Below are positions 1 through 13,848 of a DNA stretch of 64,000 bases, piece after piece (position 1 is the stretch's first letter; every line of letters begins with the position of its first letter). The position numbers and the translations under genes were made by a program. The notes below the pieces were generated by a model. The model saw nothing but the letters and a program-made list of their open reading frames with translations, was not told the origin of the DNA and made no database searches. Origin of the DNA: Raillietiella orientalis (taxonomy: Eukaryota); the NCBI GenBank assembly GCA_036172245.1, contig JAYWIR010000040.1, forward strand, positions 868,001-932,000, given 5' to 3'.

Positions 1-3000
1 AATGAGATCCCTCCTCGTAGAGAGGACGCGCGCGTTAATCAGTGACTTCACGCAGGGAAGAAAAGATGGAGGGACGGGTGGCGCGTCCGGGGCCGAGTGA
101 GGGAGCGGGGAGTACGTCTCCTGTCTCCTTCCCGGAGAGGTGCGTCCGGGAGAAGCCGCCCCTTTCCCCGTCGGCGGGCGGGCTGGGAAGCACCCCCTCC
201 TCTCTCCAGAGAGGTACCGTGGAGGAGTCGGGGTGGGGGAGAGGTCCCCCCTCCGTCTCTTCTTCCAGGTGCCGTTCCTCTCCTTTTTCGGGAGGCAGGT
301 CGCCGGGGGCACGGGACAGGCTCTCCCGTCCGAAGAGAACGAGCCGGGGCGACGGGGATGGGAAGACCGGTTCAAGGGGGAGAAGGACACCGTCTGCCAA
401 GCGGCAGGCCCGATGTCCCGGTGAGAGAGGACTTTCTTCTCTCCCCTGTTTCCTAGGGACTCCCGTTCCGCCCCTGCAACTTTCGTCTCTGAGTTGCTTT
501 CGGGGTCGTTCCTCGACCCCCCGAGCGGCGGTGGAACGGGAAAGGGGAAAGGAGCAGCGCAGAGCGAGAGACCAGCCGTCGCCCTTCGTCCCCATCCCCA
601 CCCCTTTCCTGCCTCTTCCCTTTCCGTTTCGACCTGAAGCGAAGCGAAGAGCGCGCGGCGCGGGAGCGCGGAGGGACAGCCGCCTTCCACGCCCCTCCTC
701 CGTCCCCACGACTCTTCCGCGCATCCGGGAGAACAAAATGGCCGGTGGCGGCCATCTTGTTTTCCCCAACTCGCCAGCGGCTGCGCGACCTCGCGAGAAC
801 AGAGGGAAGGGGGAGGGAGCTGCGAGCGAAGGCCTCTTCGCGACCTCCCAACGCCGGGAACGCCCCAACCCGTCCGTCCCCTATCCCGGCGACCTTGCTT
901 TCCCGGCGTTGCCAGGCAGAGACGCGCGATCCCATCCGTTCGCAAGGGACGGGGGTGCTGGAGTGAAGGGGCTGGGTTCCAAGCTACTCGAGAGTCGGTC
1001 AGTGCCCTCGGATCTCTTCCTCCTCCACCCCCACCCCCTCTCCAATCCGCGGTGGCTCCGCAGCCCTCCTCGGACGCGCGGAGGCGATTCCAACCCGTTT
1101 CCATGGAAAACGCGAGGGAGGAAAAGAAGGAAGAGAGGAGGAGGGAAATCAATTGGAGTCTCCCGGAAAGTCCTCGAAGGAGGAGGAGGAGGAGCAAGGG
1201 ATGCTTGTGAGAAGGCTCGAGAAGCCTTTGCCCTTTTCTCCTTCCTTGGCCCCAGGGCGCCTCGCTACGTTCGTCCGTTAGGGCGCCCATCGCACCCACC
1301 CTTCACGCGAAGACTCCGCTCTCCCCCCGCCCCCCTCCGTCACAGGGGATGGGACCTGGCTTGGACGGAGAGGGTGCTTCCCAATGCACCGAGGCGCGGG
1401 TTCCCGGTCCAGCCTGCCTGACCCTTGGGACTACCGCAACTACCCGGGTGCGAATGGCGGCCCCTCGTGCGCCTCTCCAGACTCCCTTCGGTGGCTCCAC
1501 GGGCGGGAGCGGCGCGTCTTCGGACTCTGGCAGATCCACGGCGAGGAGCTTCCAGGAGAAGGGCCGACCTGGGGACTCCGCGGCCCGAGTTCCCCGCTGG
1601 ATCGGTGGCTGCTCCCTGCGCGCTGAGATGGCTGGACGGCGATATGACCCACGTTCCGTCCCTGGAAAGTCAGAAAAGGAGAGATCCCGGGGGGTTGGAG
1701 GTAGGCGCAGGCGCCCGTGCTCCGCTCTCCCCCTCACCGTTTGCTGTCCCCTCCCTCGGATCCCCCTTGACGCGCCATACCGTGCTTCCCCTTCTCCCCG
1801 ACCAGCCCGCCCTAGCCAGCGGCGCTTCTTCCGCGAAAAACCTTCCGTTCCTCGGAGGCGTCTGATTGGCTGCCTCTCCTGCGGGAGCGGCGGCTGCTCC
1901 CGCAGGCCGGCCGCAGACGCCTCGCTGGACCCCAAAAGTCGCGGGGCTGGTGGTGGAGGCATGGTTGAGGAAGGGTCAAGGTCTCCTTCGCGTTCCGGAG
2001 CTCGCGAGCGTCGGAAGGGATGTTCGTCCCCCGGGAGTAAGGAGGGGCGGATGGAGGGCGTTGCCTCGGAGATCCGCTCTATCCGCCCTGTGGCTCTCTG
2101 GCGCCCCACGGGTCGCCGTCGAGAACTACTCTGTGTAAAAGTCAACTCCGAAGAGTCCACGGACGCCGCCCATCCAGTGCAGAGGCAGCGGATTCCCGCG
2201 ACCGAGGAGGTAACCTGGGAAACGGTTGCGATTGGGTACTTGCCGGATATTCCGAGTCGCGTGCTCCTCTGTATCCCTGAGGCTGATCTTCGGCGGGTCA
2301 AACTGGACAGGCGATCCCCGGCAGGGAGGGAGCTGCCCGGCACTCCCCCTTCCGTACGGGAGACAGCAGGAGGAAGGGAGTCGTGTCTCCCGGAGTCCTC
2401 TTCCCGGATCCCAAAGGACTCGTAGGAGAGGCCTCCGTTTCCTGAGGAGCCCTCGAGGACAGGGGAGGCCGAGGACGACACAGGATCCTCCCCGACCCAC
2501 GAAGTCGCGCCGCGATACCGTGACACGCGGTCGTCACGCGACAGCGGCGAGAAGTCGCCTCCGGCAGGGGTGTCGCCCGGAGTGCCCTGCGGCAAGCGCT
2601 CGCTACGGGGACGGCGGCGAGGCGGCTGCGAAGTCACCGCGCGCGGGCCGCCGGCAGTCGCGGCACTGGGTAGCAATCCGGACAGGTCGCTACTCGGACA
2701 CGCCATCCCACGGGGGTTGCTGCACGGCTGGCAGTGCTCTGAAGGAGGGGGGGGGAGGCTGCTCTGCGCAGCACGAGCAACCCCCCGGCCTGGGGGAGAA
2801 AGGCCACCGCCACCGCTGCTTCCCTCTCCGCTGCCCCTCTCCCCTCTCCTCTCACCAAGGGGGCGCTTCGCACGCGCACCTGCGTTGTCCAGACTCGGCG
2901 AGCCGTGGTCGCACAAAGGGTCTTCCCTCCTCCTCCATCACTCCCCACCCCACCCCACCGTGCGTCCTTTGGCCTGCACACCATCGGATGGTTAGGGGGC

Positions 3001-6000
3001 CCAAAAGGTTTCTGTTAAGGTGGTCGCGGAAAGGAATGGCTACCCCACGATGGGTGCGGAGGGCCGAACGAAAGACCCTCCGGAGACTCCCGCTCCTTTG
3101 CTTCTCCCTACTTGAACACGTTGCCTGGAAACGGTGGGATGGCAAGTGACGGGGGTGGGAGGGAAGGATTGGCTTTCCCTGGGGATGCAATGGGAACTGG
3201 AACCCACCCCCAGCGTCCTGTCCTCATCCCGGAAGCAGCCAGGGGTGAAGCGCCCGCTTCCATGGCAACGCGAGGCAGGATGTCTGCGCGGGGCGGCGAT
3301 GCAACGCCCCGGGAGTGGCGGAAGTGGACGAAGCGCTTTGTTTCCCTGCTGGCGAGGCCTCCTAGCGCGACCTGTCCCCAAGAGACTTCCCACCCCTCCG
3401 TGCCCGCGTCCATCTCCAGAGCCGTGGGAGCCGAAAGCACGGCAGAGAGATGGGGTGAACAGTGGGGTCAGGTGCATCAGCCGGGGGCGGTAGGGGTCGC
3501 TTGGCATCCCTCCATGAGACTGGACGGCCACCCCTCGCGTTCTTCGCGGGCGCGCTGCCCCAAGCGACGTCCGTCCGTCGGTCCGCCCGTGCGTGGAGAA
3601 GCGGAGGAGGAGGACCGGACCGTTCGGCCGTTGCCATGGCCGCTGCGTCTCTCTCACCAGCGGCCTGTGAATGAACTCTGGATGGATCTTCTGCGGGCAG
3701 ATTCGTGACGAACGCGGCGGCGGGCGGGAAGTTGCGCGTTCCCTTCTGGGTCGTAGGAGGTGGGGCGCTCGCCCTGGCGTTCGGTTGCCAGCGCAACCTC
3801 CGGGCGATCCCTAACGACCTCCCCAAGGGGAGCAGGTAGTTCCCCCCTCCCTCGCTGCACCCTTCAGCCGTCCCCTTTCGGGAACGACGACGCGCATCCG
3901 CTTCGTCTTCCTTGCAGGATGAGGTCTTCCTCCTCCTCTCCGACCGGAGCTTTCCAGAATGGGTACTTCGAGGGGGGCAGGGAACGGAAGACTTCGAGAA
4001 GGCAACAGGAAGAGAACCCGGCAGTATTTTTCCCTTCCCGCCTCCTCCGCTGGCGTGGACTTGGTCTCTCGGCAACGCGCTTGGGGCGAGTATCCCAATA
4101 CCGTGCCGAGCGCGCGAGAAGGCGGAAATCGGGAACGCGTAGGACGCAGCCTACCCGGCAGGACTCGGAGGAAGCTGGGACGGAAGGATATCGGAGATCC
4201 CGAAGGAGTGCGGAGCGCAAGCGGGAAAATGGAGAGGATCCGAACACGTGGACCGGACCTCGTCCGCGGGAGTGACGAAACCGGGGATGCCAATGCGCTG
4301 TGAAAAGAGTCTGCTCGGGAACGGCACGTCCCCACTGCCGGGACGAACCGACTAGCAGTCAGAGGACACCAGGAGAACACAGGAAGGAGCTGGAAGAGAG
4401 AAGAAGGAAGGGGAGGAGGAAGAAAACAACGGGATTCTCGTTTTCCAACCCCCACAGGAGGAAGGGTGCGCAAGCAGCGTGGTATCGGGAGCACATCCTA
4501 TGAAGCGAGGAGGGGCGCAGAAGGGATTCCCGGAGGAAGGAAAATTCCCATTCCAGCTCGAGGGCACTGTCCCACAGCTCGCTGTCCCCGATTCCAAAGG
4601 GGGAAAGAAGTGCAGAAGGGCCCCACTGGATCAGGAAAACCGGAGAGAGGATCTACCGTCTCGGGTCATCCCCGGGATCCGTGGAAGGATCCGAGAGCAT
4701 CCTTGGGAGTTTCGGGATCGCGCTTGCGATGGAAGCTGCGCGAGGAACGCCACGGGGACAAGGCGGATGCGGGACAAAGAACAAAGAAACACGGGAAGGA
4801 GCGTCGCTTTTCTCGCTCCAGGAAACTCCCGCCGCCGCTTCCTGGAAGCCATTTTTTTGATCCCGTGTCGCCTCGAGGAGTTTCCGGAGGGCTGAGAACC
4901 GGAAGTCCTGCCTCTGCGAGCGCGTAGGGAAGGCATTGACAAACGCTGGCAATGATGGTCTCCATGGCGTCCCCCTTGCCTCCCCGTGGCCATGGAGACC
5001 GTCTGGCGAGGATGGACAGTTCGGGGAAAACCTGCGTGGAGAGCATTGGGACGGGAAAAGGAGGGGTGAGATACGACCCTACGCTCTCCCGACAAGTAGT
5101 ACCTCTGAAGGTCCTCCAGGTGTAGTGACTCTAAGAAACGCCGGCTCACGGTTCAGCCGCTGCAAGGACACGCGCAAGCCATTGCAGAACGTGACTGTGA
5201 CCTCCCTTGTCCGTCAGCGCTGGGGACGGGAAAGGCACCGGTCCTTCCCGCCGGCCTTCCATCCTCCGGTGGACTCCTCCCACTCTCTGCCGCTACAGAA
5301 AGCGGGAAACAGAAGGAAAAGGAGGGATCAGGGGAAAGAGGGAGAAGGAGGAGGGAGGGCACTTGGTTTTTCAGGATCCCTGCCTGCTACTTGGCAACGT
5401 GTTGAAGGCAGCCTACCCGGCAGCGCAGGACTCGGAGTAGGTTCCCTGCTCCTTGGCAAGATCGCTTCCTTCCCTTCCCTTCCCCCCTCTGGATGGCCGC
5501 AACGGCTCCCGTCCTATGATGCCCCAGGATGGTTGGCGGCGCGAATCCCGTACGGCACGGAGCTCAGTTCACCGCTACTGGAGCACCCGAAGGGGCGGAT
5601 CGGGGCAATGGCAGGAAAGACTAGAGGACGCAACGGTTCAAGAGGGAAGTCTCCGACCACCAGGGAAGAACGGCATTTCCTGTGGCAAGTTTGCTCGCTC
5701 CCTCCGCCGACCGCTACTGAGGACTTCACGCCCTCAGGATGTCCGCAACGATCCTTGCGACCATCCAGAGAAGCTCAGGAAACTCACCTCCTCTTTTCCA
5801 GAAACTTCCCTTCGCAAAGGGTAACAGCGGGCTGATAGCGATTTCCCTGCCTCTCGCTCTGAGACGGTGCCTATCGTCAGTGGGAGTCCCAAAGGAGGGA
5901 GTAGGGAGGCGCCGCCGGGTAGGACAGGTCCTGGAGAAGCCACTCGTTCTCCTGAGGGATCACCGCGCCCAGCGTGCACAAGTATCGTGGACGTTTCCCA

Positions 6001-9000
6001 GGGTTGAGGTCCCTTGGTGGCAGCATGGCCAGACCCATGGGCGAGTCCTACCTCTCCTCTGAGAGGGGGGGAGGAGGATGACGATTCCTGCTCGCATCCT
6101 ACGCGCCTTTCCCGCCCTGCCCTCCCGCATGTGCTCAGAGGATGCATGGAGACCCCTTCCACTCCTGCATGGCGACTTCGTTGCTGACTGCAGCTTCCGG
6201 TCGCCTCCGTAACCCAGAGGAAGCCGCGGCGTGGGCATCTCTGGAGACGAAGACTCCGAGCACGATCGCTCCGGAGACCCTTTCCCGCCGCGCCCACATC
6301 CGCTAGCCGACCCATGCCCAATAGCTCACTCTCCCTCTTTGCCGCGTCCCTACGCGCGCGCGCCTTTGGGGTGCTCGAAAAAGCGCCAGGGCGTCTTCGG
6401 GGGTGAACCATCCGGAAATCTTCTGAGGCGAGCGCGGACCTTGAGCGGGGACCATGCCCTCAAGAGGGAAGAAAGTCTCCCCGCGTGCACACGTGCCGTC
6501 CTGCAGCTTCAAAAGAGGGAAGAGTTCTAGTGGGAAAGCTGCCAGGCCGAAAATGCGCGGGAAAAATCCCCACTGATCCCTGACCCTGAGGAACTCTGGT
6601 GCTTTTTCCCACCCCTTGCTTCCGCTGGTCCTTGGCAATCCCTCAAAAGGTGGGACGTCACCGCGCTCCCCCTCCCTGGCTCCCCTCAGCCTCAAGATTT
6701 GAAGGGCGGTGCGAAGTCGCCACTGACGAGGACCGTGCCAGTCTGGTGCCTTGCAGTCGCTGCTGCGGAGATGAAGAGGATGCCTGCCTGATTTCCTCTC
6801 CGTGACTGCTGCAGGCACGGAGTCGCCACGGAAACCAAACGGACCGAGGAGGACGGTGCACCAGTAAGAGGCCCGTCTGTGATGGTCTGCTCCAGAAACC
6901 TACCTATGGGAGACATTGCAAGAAGGAAGTTCCTTAAACGGCTACCAGAGAAAGGCTGGAGGGAAGGACAGGGTGACCTTTCTCGCTGTAGAGGAGATTC
7001 TTGATTATCTTCTTCTTCTGGACTCTTTGAAGTGCACAGAGTTTAGTAAAGGCCCGAGTTTTGCTTCCATTGGATGAAGGAACCCGCGAAGAACTTCCCC
7101 GGGCAACCTTCGGAGCTCCAGGAGCTTGACGGAGGCAGCGAGGGCTTGCCGCTTCGGAGTTTCAGTTTCGCAGATTGCTCCAGGGCGACAAACAGTCCTC
7201 TCTTCCCACCGGACCCAGCCGCCAGCACAAAGGGGATGACCGAGGCCACGGAAACCGCTCCCAGGCCGACGAGTGGTGAATTGCACTTTTCGGAGAAGCA
7301 AACGGCTGGGATAATAGCGGCACGAGTTCGGCACAATATTTGATTGGACCTTTTTCCGGTTCTCTCTCCCCCTCCTCTCCCTTTTGATTTTATTTCCACA
7401 TGGTAGAAAAACCACTCTGCGATTCGACTGCACTTTTTGTCGCTGTTGTCGTTTTCGCAGAGTGGAAGGGATGGGGGGGGGGGGGAGGGGGCGGAAGGGG
7501 GGCGGAAAGAAAAGCGCACGAAGAGAAGAAGAAGAAGGAAACACACTTCCCTTGCAAAAGCCCGATTGGGAAACTTTCCTCGGCGCTGGAGACGCCTCCA
7601 TCCGCGTGGCATTTCCCAAAAAAAAAGCCCAACGGCATTAAGCCTTTGCAGCTCGGTTGCCAAATCGCCCGCGTGACGTAACAATGGGGAGCCCCGCGAG
7701 TCCGCGCGCGCGGAGCGAGCGGGAGAAATCCGACTCCGCACGCGCGAAGCGAAAGCGCGTGTTACCGATCCGTCGTGATGCTGGATGGAGTGCATCCTCG
7801 ATGGAAAGCTCCGAGTTCTACTTGCACGCCGCGATTTATGTGGAGCAGCGGAACCGCTCACGATGCGCGGATCTCCCCCTCCTCTCCTCCTCCCCCTCCC
7901 CCCCCCCCTCGCTCTCTCGCGACCGCGATGCCGTGCTATCCAACATGGCGACGGCCAAATTAAATGTTGAGCGCGGCGGAGACCGCTTTTTGCTCATTCG
8001 ATAAATTGATCGTGTACCAGGATTCGGAGAGCTGCTTCCCGATCCGGACCAATCACAGGTTTCGCACGGTTTCTGGCGTGACGAAATGATGGATGGAATC
8101 TCCTACAAGGTTCGTTAGGGACGCCGTGACGCTGACGCGGCTCTTCCCCTTTGAGTCCTTCGCGTTTCGATGCCGCTCGCCAGTCGGACGCTCACGCACG
8201 ACCCCCCTCCTCGCACCAGCGGAGTGCCGTGGCGCCCGGGCGCGCCGGAGGACGGCCGCGCGGGCCTTCGACGCGCTTAGGGAGGGGGGCAGCGGGGGGA
8301 GGGAGCAACTCCCCTTTCTAGCCTGCTTTTTTGCTTCTCCTCCCTATTTCCCTCCCTCTTTTCCGGTGCGCCCGAGCCGGAACTTTTCCGTGCGAACGGA
8401 GTTCCTCCGGAAGTCGGACGGGAACGACAGCGGCTGCCCGAAGTGTCCTCGCCGCGTCCAGAGCGAGCGTGCGACGTCCTGCGTGGTGGGAACCGCCCGC
8501 TAGGGGACGCGCGAGCGCAGGAAAGCCGCCTCGTGGGAGAGAGATGCGGCCCACCACGGTCCACAGAGGAAAAAAAAAAAAAAAAAAAAAAAAAGGGACA
8601 CCCGGAAGGTCGGTTGGAACAAAAAGGTCCCTTCCCTCGACCACGCGAGAGAAGTTTGGGGCCGCGTTCTCCCGTCGCCACTCGCGACGCCCAACATGGC
8701 GCTAAGGGAGGACGAGCGCGGGGTCTTCCCTCCAAGTAGGCCATCCGCCGCTAGCCTTCCAGGCGTCTCCCGAGAAGACGCATCGGAGGGCGGCGGGCGC
8801 GGCGATGGAGGAGTTCCTCCTCCTCCCCAGTGCACATCACATCCTCCCCGAGGGCGTCGTCGCTCTACCCCCCGTGAGCACTGAGGAAGAGAACTCGCGC
8901 TTCCTGGAAGGAGGAGGACGACGAGGCCCACGGACCCGCCACTGCAGGAGCGGTCGGTAAGACGCTCCCGTCCCGCACGCGCCCTCCCCGGGCCTCCCTC

Positions 9001-12000
9001 GAGGGGCAGGGGAAGCCTGGCTGCATCCTCCCTCCGAGATGCTTGCGGCGGCGCCCGCTTCGGGACGCAGAGCTCCGGATGCGAATCCTCCTCCGGGGGG
9101 TCCTCCCCTACTCCGTCCCTCACCCCCACCCCCAGGAATAGCCCCCACCTCCCCCCGCCGAGGCGTTTCGCGCGCCGTCGCCGCGCGAGGCTGCCCGCTC
9201 GCCAGAGGGGCGGTCACGCTTTTCTGTCCTCGGGCCGAGGCAGCTCCTGGTCGCCCGCCGACTTCCGGATGCCTCCGCGGCGCAGCCCGGAGGGTTCCTA
9301 ATCGCCTCGAATTAGGGGGGCAAATTGTCTGGGAAACGGCGCGCCGTCCGAGGTTCCGGGCGCCCCTCCAGCGCTGCCGCTTTTGTTCTCCGACCGCGCC
9401 TGCAGGGTCTCGGTCGCTCGCCGGGCGAGGAGGAAGGGAGGCAACTTCCCACGCACTGCCCCCCTTCCCTGTCATCCTGGGTCCGGGGGCGCGCACTTCC
9501 CCTCCTGCGAGCTGCCGCGGAGCGCGTGGCCGCCGCCTTTCCCCCCCCCCCCCCGGGGCGCGGAGCGAGCGATAGCAGCGGGAAGGACCATTCCTGCGCC
9601 GTCCGAGGGCGAACGCGCAGAGCGCCGCTCCTTTCGTCTCTCGGGAGAGCGTCCTGGTAACCCCGGAAGTTGCCTCATTACGACTCGGCGCGCGCTGCGG
9701 CTTCCCTTCCTTCCTCTCCCCTCCCCCCCTCCCATTCGTATCCGCGTCTCCCGGATCGCTCGGCAGCGAGCGGCGGCGGCGGCTCCGGTCGGCGGCACCG
9801 GCCGGTGGAGGAGCGCGCGATCGTCGCGCCTCCGCCGCGCAAGCGCGGGAAAACGACGGTTCGGTCAGCATCTTCCCCTGCTCCGCGGGCAAAACAGGAG
9901 AGGGAGGAGGCAGGAGAGCCGCTTTCCGGCTCCTATTTATCTAAAGGAGGCCGATCCCCTTCCCCATCCCTCCCCCAACCCTCGCAAAAAAAGAAAAAAA
10001 AGGAAAAAAACGAGGGCCAGCGAAGCCACCCCCACCCACTCGCGCTCGAGTCCCTCGTGATTCCCTTACTCGTCCTCCTCCCTTCCCCCCTCTTCCCCAA
10101 GGCACCGTCGTAGGAGGAGGGGATTTCTTATTTTCTTTTCCACCTCTGCCTCCTTCCTTCTCCTTTTCCGGGTCCCCCCTCTTCTCGTGCCCGTCTCGCC
10201 CACGACGACGCGCGCGCGGCGGCGCCGCCCGTCCCACCGACCTAATGATTCAGCCATTTTGCCACGGCGCCCGGCTGCTGATCCGGGAACGCGGGACTCT
10301 CGCGCATGTAACGCAAAAGGAAAATTTTTTAATCAAAGTTCACCTTCGCGAAGTAGGGAGGGAGGAGGAGGGGGGGGGGGAAGGGCAGCGGGGGAGGAGG
10401 GCGAACCCGCGCGCCCGCACGTGCAGACGCTCGGAAAACACCACGGCGGCGGCGACGGCGTTGCTTCCCGCGCCGCCCGCGCGTCGACGCGCGCGCGCGC
10501 GCGGAACGACCGCCCAAATGGAATGCGCGGGCGCGCGCGCGCGTTCTCTCCCGAGCGAAATCTCCAGGGCGACGGCGGCGGCGCGACGAGCCGAGGAGGA
10601 GGAAAACAGGCGATTCCTGACGCATGCGCTCGCCCTTTCGGCGAGGCGTCGCCGCGGCCGACATCCCACCGGGCGCCTTGGGGGAGGCGGAAGGGAGGCC
10701 AAGCACCAAGGCAGCATTCCGGGCAGGAAGCAAATCCTCCTCCCCGTCTCTTCCTCCTCGGTCTGGACGGCGGCTGTACTTCCTCTGGCGCGAGGTGCGC
10801 CACATGCGAAGGGCAGCCTCAGGCCTCGCCTCGACCTCCTCCCCTCTCCTCCTCTTTTTCCTCCTTTCTCCTCCCAGCCGCAGATCCGCAGAGGCTTTTC
10901 CCCCCGCTTCCCCATGGCAACGACCCGCCCGCATTACCGTCCCCCCTTTCGTGAGTGCCGAGTACTCCCTGCCTCCGCCCCGTCGTGCCCCTTCCGCTTC
11001 CCTTCTCTTCTCCACGCTCGAGGCGAGCGAGCGTGCGGGGCGGTTGCTACGGGCGACGGGAGGAAAGAGGAGCAGGAAAGAACGAGCCAGCGGGGAAGTG
11101 GGGGGGAGGGGGGGCAGGGATCGAGCAAGGATCAAGTGTGAGGGCGCGAGCTGCTCAGGAGCTTCTCTGCACAACCCCACCCGTGAGCTGGCTTCCCCAA
11201 AGGCATTGAGGCTTGGTGTGGACGCCGCCGGACGGGAGGGACGGGGGGTCGCACTTCTCCTCCCTGAAACGATGACGTCAGCGGCGGCAGAGAGGACCTG
11301 AGGGGGAGACAGTGGTCTAAGGGAGACCTCCAGTGGAAGGGAGGGAGGTGGGAAGATGTTCCGGCCGGCCTCCCTCGGGGCAGACGTGAGGGCATTCTCT
11401 TGCAGAGGGCCGCCTGCCTTCCCCTCTCGGCTCCCTCGATCCCTCTCTCGGGCAGCCGAAGGGGAGTCGACAGGGGCAGTCCCGACCCTTTAGGGACCAG
11501 CTGCCCTCAGGGCCACCGCCCTCGAGCACGGTGGAGGCGGCGGCGACACACCCGAGTCCCCCAAAAGTGGACTCCTTGGGCACCCCCTCCCCTTCGTCAC
11601 TGCCATCCTCTTCTTCTCCTCCGACACCATCATCGCAATCCACGTTTCAGGCGGGGTAATCCTTTCGGTCCCCGCCCCCTTCTCATCGTTTGTAGGAGGG
11701 GGGAGGGGAGGAAGGTCGTGGACGGGTGGGAAAGGAGGAAGGGGAAAGCTGCATGCCTTTAATGAGGAGATCCCTCCACATTGGAATCGGTCGCCCCACT
11801 CCCAGTGCGCGTGCTGGTGCGCATCCTTGGTGCCAGAGTGGAAGAGGGGAAAGAGGCTGCTCTCACAGCGGAAGAGCTGGCACCCTGGGGGCACAGCGGC
11901 AAGAAGAAAGTCGGCCGATCCGGAGGCAACAGCGGCCCCTGAAGCCGCTTCCGAACCGCTCCCGGGGGCCGTTCCTCGAGGATTTTCCTCCTAAAGGTCA

Positions 12001-13273
12001 CTCCCCAGCCCCGAGGAGCTGCTGCGTCCCGCCACAGGAAGGGCAACCCACCTCTTTCTCCCTTCCCTTTTTCTCGCAAGGAAATCGGTCGTGTCCAGGG
12101 AGATCCCGGAAGGGCGACAGGGATGACAGCGGCCCTTAGGGGCAAGGGCTCCTATGCGCTCTGTTTTCGGACGCAGCAGACCTCAGGAGCAGACGAGGAA
12201 GACTCTCCTCCGCTCACTCCTCTCCCCGTCCTCAGCGGTCCGGGGACACCCTTGACCTCTTGACCCAAGGTGTCCCGCTGGCTCCCGGAGGCGGCCACCT
12301 TCCTTCCCTGGAGGCAGCGGGGAAACGGCTTTCCTGCGAGCGCCATCCCGAACAGCGGAAGCAGCAACGACGACAGCCTTGGAAGGCCACAGGGGAGGAC
12401 TGCCACCACTGTGGGGAGGTTGGAGCAGGTTTCGCTTTGCCTGGGGTCGTAGCCTCTGCCCTCCTCGAGGGACCGGGGAAGTCGACGGGATGTTCCGGCG
12501 AGAGGAGAGGTCGAGACGGCACTCCCGTTGTCAACTGGTCTGTATGTAACGCGTCTCCAGCGAGGATGATGCTTCGGGGCGGAAGATGACCTGAGGGTGC
12601 CTGAAAAACTGCCACGCTCGCCGGTTCACGTTCGCTCCTGTCCTCAGCTGCCCCCCTCCCCCTCTCCTCCTCCTCCTCCCTTGTGACCCGTCCACGCTCC
12701 GATGCGCTCGTCCAAGACGCCACCGGTGTCTCCTGGCAGCCCCCGCTCAGGAGGGTGAGGTCTCCGCCAGGGCCAACCCATCGGGGAGGTTTCCGGCCTC
12801 GTTAGCTGGCAGACGAGGATAGCAAAGCGGGGATTGCTGTCGTGGATTGGGAGCAGGAATGGGGGCAACGAGGAGAGCAGCCACGGAAGGTTCGCTGGCG
12901 CCGTGCCTCGTCGTCCCGCCCGCACCGCTGGTCGTGTGGCCGCTTCGCCCTGCCATTTCCCCATGGAGCGCGCACGGACGGAACGTGGTGAAGGGAGGAG
13001 GAGAGAACCGCGTCCACCGTCGGTCCGCAGGGGAGAGAGAAGGCAGACGTGCGGCGCCTTTGTGCCTTCGGCGCGAAGTGGTCATGGCGGCGAGCGCGCT
13101 CCTCCCCGGTGGCGCGGTTGCCCTCGTGGCGCCTTGAGAGCACGGTAGCACCACCGAAGACGGCCATCTTGACTGCCGCCAGTGTCCTTCACACGGACCC
13201 CCTCCTCTCCCCTCCTTCCCCCGCCCCCGGAACTTTAGGCGAAGTCCTCTTTCCTCGAAGACACCCTCCCGCT

Positions 13274-13292
13274 TTTATTCGATCCATTTATT
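13274..13292 (-). terminator. Tandem AATAAA polyadenylation signals of the PCGF gene
   Basis: Plus strand TTTATT at 13274-13279 and 13287-13292 (AATAAA on minus), ~560 nt downstream of the stop codon, in otherwise very GC-rich DNA. Confidence 0.65.
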
Positions 13293-13848
13293 CTGTGCAG
13301 TGGGCTCTTCGGAAAGGCTGCAGGCACGGGGAGGCTCCGCCGCGCCCCCCTTTTCCCCTCCTCTTCCGGGTTTCCGTCGGGTTCCCCCCGAAGGGCGTCC
13401 TTCCCATCATCTGGGAGCGAAGTGTCTTCTAGCCGCTTCCCGAAGAACGCCCGCCGGAAATTTCGTCCTGTGCGCGTAGGACCGGGTCCTGCGGCGCCGA
13501 GCCCCCACCTGCTCCCTCCGTTTTCCTCGAATCCGCGAACTCGGTCGCCCGGCCGCTCCTGCGCCTTCCCGGGTGGCGGTGCTGGAAGGACGGGAGCGTC
13601 CCTCGGGATCCCTCCGAAGGACCGGCAGTCTTCCTTCTGGATGCGGTGGGGAAGAGGGGAGGGGAGTCCGAGGAGTGGAAGGCGGGAAAGGGATCCTCTC
13701 CGCCTCACCTCTCCTTCTCACCTCCCGTCTTCGTCGTCGTCAAGGGGCGGTCTGACGTCCTGCCTTGCGAGGGCGACCAGCAGCTCCTCTGCGGCCAGAC
13801 CCAAGAGCGCATGGGTCCCACTCTCAGGAACGAGAGGGCCCGAGTCCC

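Noticed and set aside
35..13200. Many long overlapping ORFs (e.g. 42-1421, 1303-2916, 1349-2425, 8837-9892)
   Set aside because: R/P/G/S/A-dominated translations open in several frames on both strands, crossing homopolymers, with no domain motifs or codon bias. Stop codons are rare at this GC content.
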